20,593 nt of DNA, from positions 1-20,593 of the forward strand of contig JAYZAY010000035.1 in the NCBI GenBank assembly GCA_036339465.1. Reading direction: 5' to 3'. The DNA comes from Myxococcota bacterium (GTDB lineage Bacteria; Myxococcota; XYA12-FULL-58-9; JABJBS01). The position numbers and the translations under genes were made by a program. Shown piece after piece: positions 16,806 to 20,593 of this stretch; the first letter of the stretch is position 1, and each line of letters starts with the position of its first letter. The notes under the pieces were generated by a model, which searched no databases, had not been told where the DNA came from, and saw only the letters and a list, made by a program, of their open reading frames with translations.

Positions 16806-17573
16806 ATGATGAGAACTGGAAATCCGACCCTGAACGACAACATTTTTAGTGATGCCATGGCTAGGGGCGGGGCCCAAAGCGACCGCATGACCCTTTCGGG
16901 GACCATCAATAAAACAGGCTTACTGCTCTTGATGACTGTGATTTCGGCGGGGTACTCGTGGTCGATTTCTTTTGTGCCAGGAAATTTTGGGGAGGCTGCT
17001 ACCTTTCAGCCATCTGTTTTGGGTATTGGCGGGAGTATTGCTGGATTTGTTTTTGCTCTGGTCACCATTTTCAAGAAAACGGCGGCTCCCATCACGGCGC
17101 CGCTCTATGCTATTTGTGAGGGCCTTTTTCTCGGAGTGGTTTCGGCGGGTTTTGAGACAAAGTTTCCGGGCATCGTTTTTCAGGCGATTCTCGGAACTTT
17201 TGGCACGCTTTTTGCTCTTTTAGGGGCTTATCGCTCCGGCCTGATTAAAGCCACAGAAAATTTCAGACTTGGGGTTGTGGCAGCGACTGGGGGTATTTTC
17301 TTTGTCTATCTCATTAGTTTTGTCCTTGGTTTCTTTGGGATGTCGGTGCCAGGGATCCACGGGTCGGGGCTACTGGGTATTGGCTTCAGCGTCGTGGTGG
17401 TTGGGGTGGCTGCGTTGAATTTGGTCTTGGATTTCGATTTTATCGAGAATGGCGCGGAGGCTGGGGCACCTAAGTATATGGAGTGGTATGGCGCCTTCGG
17501 GCTTTTGGTGACTCTGGTTTGGCTTTACCTCGAGATCTTGCGCCTACTCTCTAAGCTGAGTAGCCGTGATTGA
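16806..17573 (+). CDS. Bax inhibitor-1/YccA family membrane protein
   Basis: Start moved to MMRTGNPTL (AGGAG at 16794-16798). MTLSGTINKT, APLYAICEGLFLG, YRSGLIKAT, LNLVLDFDFIE, GAPKYMEWYGAFGLLVTLVWLYLEILRLL. Confidence 0.92.
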   Translation: MMRTGNPTLNDNIFSDAMARGGAQSDRMTLSGTINKTGLLLLMTVISAGYSWSISFVPGNFGEAATFQPSVLGIGGSIAGFVFALVTIFKKTAAPITAPLYAICEGLFLGVVSAGFETKFPGIVFQAILGTFGTLFALLGAYRSGLIKATENFRLGVVAATGGIFFVYLISFVLGFFGMSVPGIHGSGLLGIGFSVVVVGVAALNLVLDFDFIENGAEAGAPKYMEWYGAFGLLVTLVWLYLEILRLLSKLSSRD

Positions 17574-17671
17574 TTTTTTTTCAGGGAAAAGCTTTCCACG
17601 GAGAAAGATTGCAAGTCTTGGGATAAGTGTTTAAAGGCGTTTCCTCCCATGGAGTCAGGAGTGCCTTTGTT

Positions 17672-18076
17672 ATGGACAACAACCAAATTCTCAAGAAACT
17701 TTCTATCGCTTTAAGTTTACGGCGTGAGGATGTGCGCGAAATTTTTCACATTGGGGGCAAAGAGTTCTCCAATAGCCAGACGGGTAATTTATTGGTCAGT
17801 GCAGGCCACAAGAATTTTAGTGCCGTAAGCGACGAGGACCTCTCCCGCTTTCTCGATGGGTTAATCACCTACTCACGTGGCCCCAAAGATCACCCGCAGA
17901 TGGTGCCCCTTGCCATTGTCAACACGGTGTATGACTTGGGGGAACGTGGCAATGTGGAGGCCCTTCAAAGCATGATGGAATTGGTGGATGATGTTCTGGG
18001 CCAGGTGGAAGAGCAGATCTCGGATGGGGCAGAAGAGGGTGAAGCTATCCCTGAAATCGCCGATGGTGCCGAATAA
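17672..18076 (+). CDS. DUF1456 (YehS-like) domain protein with acidic C-terminal extension
   Basis: Start MDNNQILKKLSIALSL (AGGAG at 17657-17661); SDEDLSRFLDGLITYSRG matches the DUF1456 end motif as I recall it; one copy only. Confidence 0.75.
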   Translation: MDNNQILKKLSIALSLRREDVREIFHIGGKEFSNSQTGNLLVSAGHKNFSAVSDEDLSRFLDGLITYSRGPKDHPQMVPLAIVNTVYDLGERGNVEALQSMMELVDDVLGQVEEQISDGAEEGEAIPEIADGAE

Positions 18077-18157
18077 CCGACTGCTCTCAATTCGCTGAAA
18101 GCGGTGAGAGAAGCTGTTTTTTGGGCCACTGGTTTCCCAATCTCTGTTGGTTTGGGT

Positions 18158-18364
18158 CTATTGGCCTGGGCGTGCGTCTTGGATCAAATAATTTTGATCG
18201 TCGTAGGTGACTTCCACGGTAAGTCCGTGATGGAATGCGTGTTTGAGGCATTCCCGGACATCCTCGGGGTGTTCTGGCATGCGATAACCGCCGGGTCGGT
18301 TGACAAAGGATATAATCTTATCTTCGCTGATGGAATCGATTACGGATTTAAAGCTAACAAACAT
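18158..18364 (-). CDS. Small hypothetical protein (68 aa)
   Basis: ATG with GGTGGT upstream, globular-looking composition, no overlap with confident genes. Confidence 0.55.
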   Translation of the reverse strand: MFVSFKSVIDSISEDKIISFVNRPGGYRMPEHPEDVRECLKHAFHHGLTVEVTYDDQNYLIQDARPGQ

Positions 18365-19295
18365 AAGCGGTCTCTACCACCGAGTTTTGGTGCGGGAAAG
18401 GGAGGTTGGTTTTTTGGCTCTACATTTCTTTCGGTTTCCTTGCTCCAATGATGAAATCGCTCAATGGGGTTTTGTGGCAAACTCAACTTATAGCTAAGGC
18501 CTCCCCATTGTGGTGAGCTAGCTTATGCCGCTAAGTGATTGAATCGCTCTCTAAGCCTACCCGCCGGGCATATGACGCCCTTGTCCCTTGCCGATTATAT
18601 GAATGAACTCGACGTCCTAAAGGGCGGCACGGGCAGAATGGGGCGGTTTGGGCCAGGGCGCTGCTTTCGTGTTTCGTGTCGCGGACAAGAGAAAGTCAAT
18701 GATTGCAACGATTCCAAAGTCTTGATTTTAACTTACGCCAATCTATCCCACCGCGCTCTCCATTTTTAGTTCCAGAGGGTTCCGGCGGGCGATAACCGTA
18801 ATATTGTTCTCGATAGAATTATCAAGGGCAACGAAACGCACCAGTTCCCCTGGAAAAAGGTCAGGAGACTTTCCTTAAACTTTACCACCCCGCTGACCTC
18901 GGAGATTAAGGACGGCACGACTCCCGTGAGGATAACATTTAAAGAGAAAATTCTCTTCAAATAGCTTGAGGCTTTCGGTGCGTGCTCTGTTCCCAAAACG
19001 AAAAACCTTGCATACGGGCACTCCTAAAACCCCACGGTGTTGGTTTCATCGGGGGCTTTTTGGCTGTTGAGTAGCCGTGTTGAGGCCGGTTTGCCCAATG
19101 GTGTTTCTACAATGCGAAGTTCTTCCGAGGCTCCGGATGCGTTAAGTAGAGGGGGGAAACCAATGGCACTTTCCCTGTGCTTCGGTTCAGTAACGGGGAG
19201 CCCGGCCCGGAGAGAGAACTTAAACGGTGCCAATGGGGTTATCACTATCTTCCGGGTCACCCTTGTTTATTAGGCGGCTTGGGGTATGAGGCCCT

Positions 19296-20366
19296 ATGCG
19301 TATACTCATTTTTACTTTTCTCTTTTTGGGGTGTGCCACTTCGGCTTTTGCCAATGTCGAAGTCACCCTCGAACCATCTTTTCGCGGCACCCTCGAAACT
19401 TTGGCCGGAAAATCTGTGGAGGCGATGGAGAGAGAGATCGAAGCGGAGCTAGAGGCGGGTTTTCGCTTGGTAGAACCTTCTCTCTACTTAACGCAAATAA
19501 CTGACGCCCACTCATTTTCGAACAAAGGGATTGGGGCTGATTACGGTACACTTTTTGATGGGTTTATCATTGGAGCCAGCGCAAATCTATCTTTGAATCT
19601 AGGAAACCAGGGCTTAGAGAAAGTGCGAGATGGGTCGAGCCTGCCAAGCGACGGTTTCGCTCCCGGTCTCTCCGTGATGCTCGGTCTAAATTTGGGATTT
19701 ATGGGATTGGACCAAACGCTTTTTTACGTCAATGGTTTCAATTATTCCACGGTGGTAAAATCAAGCTCATATCCCGATGGTGCCTTGAGGGTGACATTGA
19801 AAAATATTGGGGCCCATTTGCAAATGAAGTTTTTTCAGCCAGGCAACACGAGCTTGGACCTCCTCTTTAGGTGGGGTGGGTTCGATGTTACGACGGGATT
19901 TGAATATTCCTATTTGGGGATGACACTCGACAAAGAGCTAAGAATGCCGATCCCTGTGGATTCGCCCCCAGGACTCGAAAGTCTCGAACTCAATTTCCTG
20001 GGTAACGGAACCATGGAAATTCGGTCGACGGCTATGATTGTGCCCGTCGAGTTTTCAACCAACCTTCGACTTTTGTACGTGCTTACGGTTTTTGGTGGGG
20101 TAGGATTTGATTTTCAGTTAGGTGGCGCAGACATGGACGTGGCCTTGAGTGGAGACTTGGTGGGTATAAACCCTCAGGATGGCAGTGAGATCAATGCGGG
20201 GCGGGTCACCGTTGAAGGGGATGAAATGGGTAAACCGAGTGTGGGTAAGGTTCGTTTCTTTGGTGGGGTACAAGCGAATGTCTGGTTGATGAAAGTTTTT
20301 GCCCAGGCCAATCTTCTACCGAACAAATCCGTTGGTTTGACCCTTGGGGTACGGGTTGCCTGGTAA
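19296..20366 (+). CDS. Putative outer-membrane beta-barrel protein (resembles Lsa36-like proteins)
   Basis: Signal peptide MRILIFTFLFLGCATSAFA, amphipathic strands (WGGFDVTTGFEYS, VPVEFSTNLRLLYVLTVFGGVGFDF), C-terminal beta-signal GLTLGVRVAW. Family resemblance is from recall. Confidence 0.72.
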   Translation: MRILIFTFLFLGCATSAFANVEVTLEPSFRGTLETLAGKSVEAMEREIEAELEAGFRLVEPSLYLTQITDAHSFSNKGIGADYGTLFDGFIIGASANLSLNLGNQGLEKVRDGSSLPSDGFAPGLSVMLGLNLGFMGLDQTLFYVNGFNYSTVVKSSSYPDGALRVTLKNIGAHLQMKFFQPGNTSLDLLFRWGGFDVTTGFEYSYLGMTLDKELRMPIPVDSPPGLESLELNFLGNGTMEIRSTAMIVPVEFSTNLRLLYVLTVFGGVGFDFQLGGADMDVALSGDLVGINPQDGSEINAGRVTVEGDEMGKPSVGKVRFFGGVQANVWLMKVFAQANLLPNKSVGLTLGVRVAW

Positions 20367-20371
20367 GGCAG

Positions 20372-20593
20372 TTATGGGGTTAGGGGGGGATTTTCTTCGA
20401 TGATGGCTGCGGCGCTTTGAAGGGCCGAGAACGGATTCTCTGCGTCGTCGGTAATTTTTTCGATGGCTTGAATAAAACCATATAGGTCCCCCCCCACATG
20501 GTCGAGAATGATTTGAAAGTTGGCGGGATTTGTATTGTAGGTCTTAAATTTCGCCACGCGTGCATTGTTACAGGTGCCAGGGTGAATATGGGG
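20372..20593 (-). CDS. C-terminal part of a putative aminopeptidase (DUF2265-like), 5'-partial
   Basis: Frame open to the right edge: ...NNARVAKFKTYNTNPANFQIILDHVGGDLYGFIQAIEKI..., matching the NNA-x7-Y...GGDL-x2-F tail I recall for that family. Confidence 0.65.
   Translation of the reverse strand, partial: PHIHPGTCNNARVAKFKTYNTNPANFQIILDHVGGDLYGFIQAIEKITDDAENPFSALQSAAAIIEENPPLTP

Noticed and set aside
18767..18769. Programmed TAG readthrough or alternative genetic code
   Set aside because: yhiN, arfB and the methyltransferase-like gene end at TAG normally, and no long confident gene has an internal TAG.
1..20593. CRISPR array, tRNA/rRNA, transposase/integrase, defence or toxin-antitoxin genes
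   Set aside because: No regularly spaced repeats, RNA gene signatures or matching protein motifs seen by eye.

Overview
Bacterial chromosomal window of mostly metabolic and signalling genes. Two predicted outer-membrane beta-barrels imply a diderm; the gene repertoire looks Myxococcota/deltaproteobacterial, but that is inference. No rRNA, tRNA, CRISPR array or mobile element was seen. Left to right: a partial PAS histidine kinase missing from the ORF track (<1..1694, -) divergent from a single-domain response regulator; an Rv1894c-like nitronate monooxygenase-family flavoprotein preceded by an exact match to the KstR operator consensus; a tandem cyclic-nucleotide-binding protein; a YhiN/HI0933 flavoprotein; a minus-strand run of six genes (FadL-type porin, small membrane protein, variant homocysteine S-methyltransferase, FadE4-like acyl-CoA dehydrogenase, NadN-like metallophosphoesterase, large orphan protein); arfB; a YccA/BI-1 protein; a DUF1456 protein; a 68-aa ORF; a beta-barrel protein; and the 3' end of a putative aminopeptidase. 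Top leads: (1) the orphan looks like a stand-alone homologue of the iron-dependent AprA MT1 polyketide-starter methyltransferase with the His-His-Gln triad kept; (2) a KstR-like box in a non-actinobacterial setting; (3) a 5'-nucleotidase lacking both nucleobase-stacking Phe residues; (4) an HMT with His in place of a Zn-ligand Cys, coupled to a FadL porin. All family calls come from recalled motifs, not searches.
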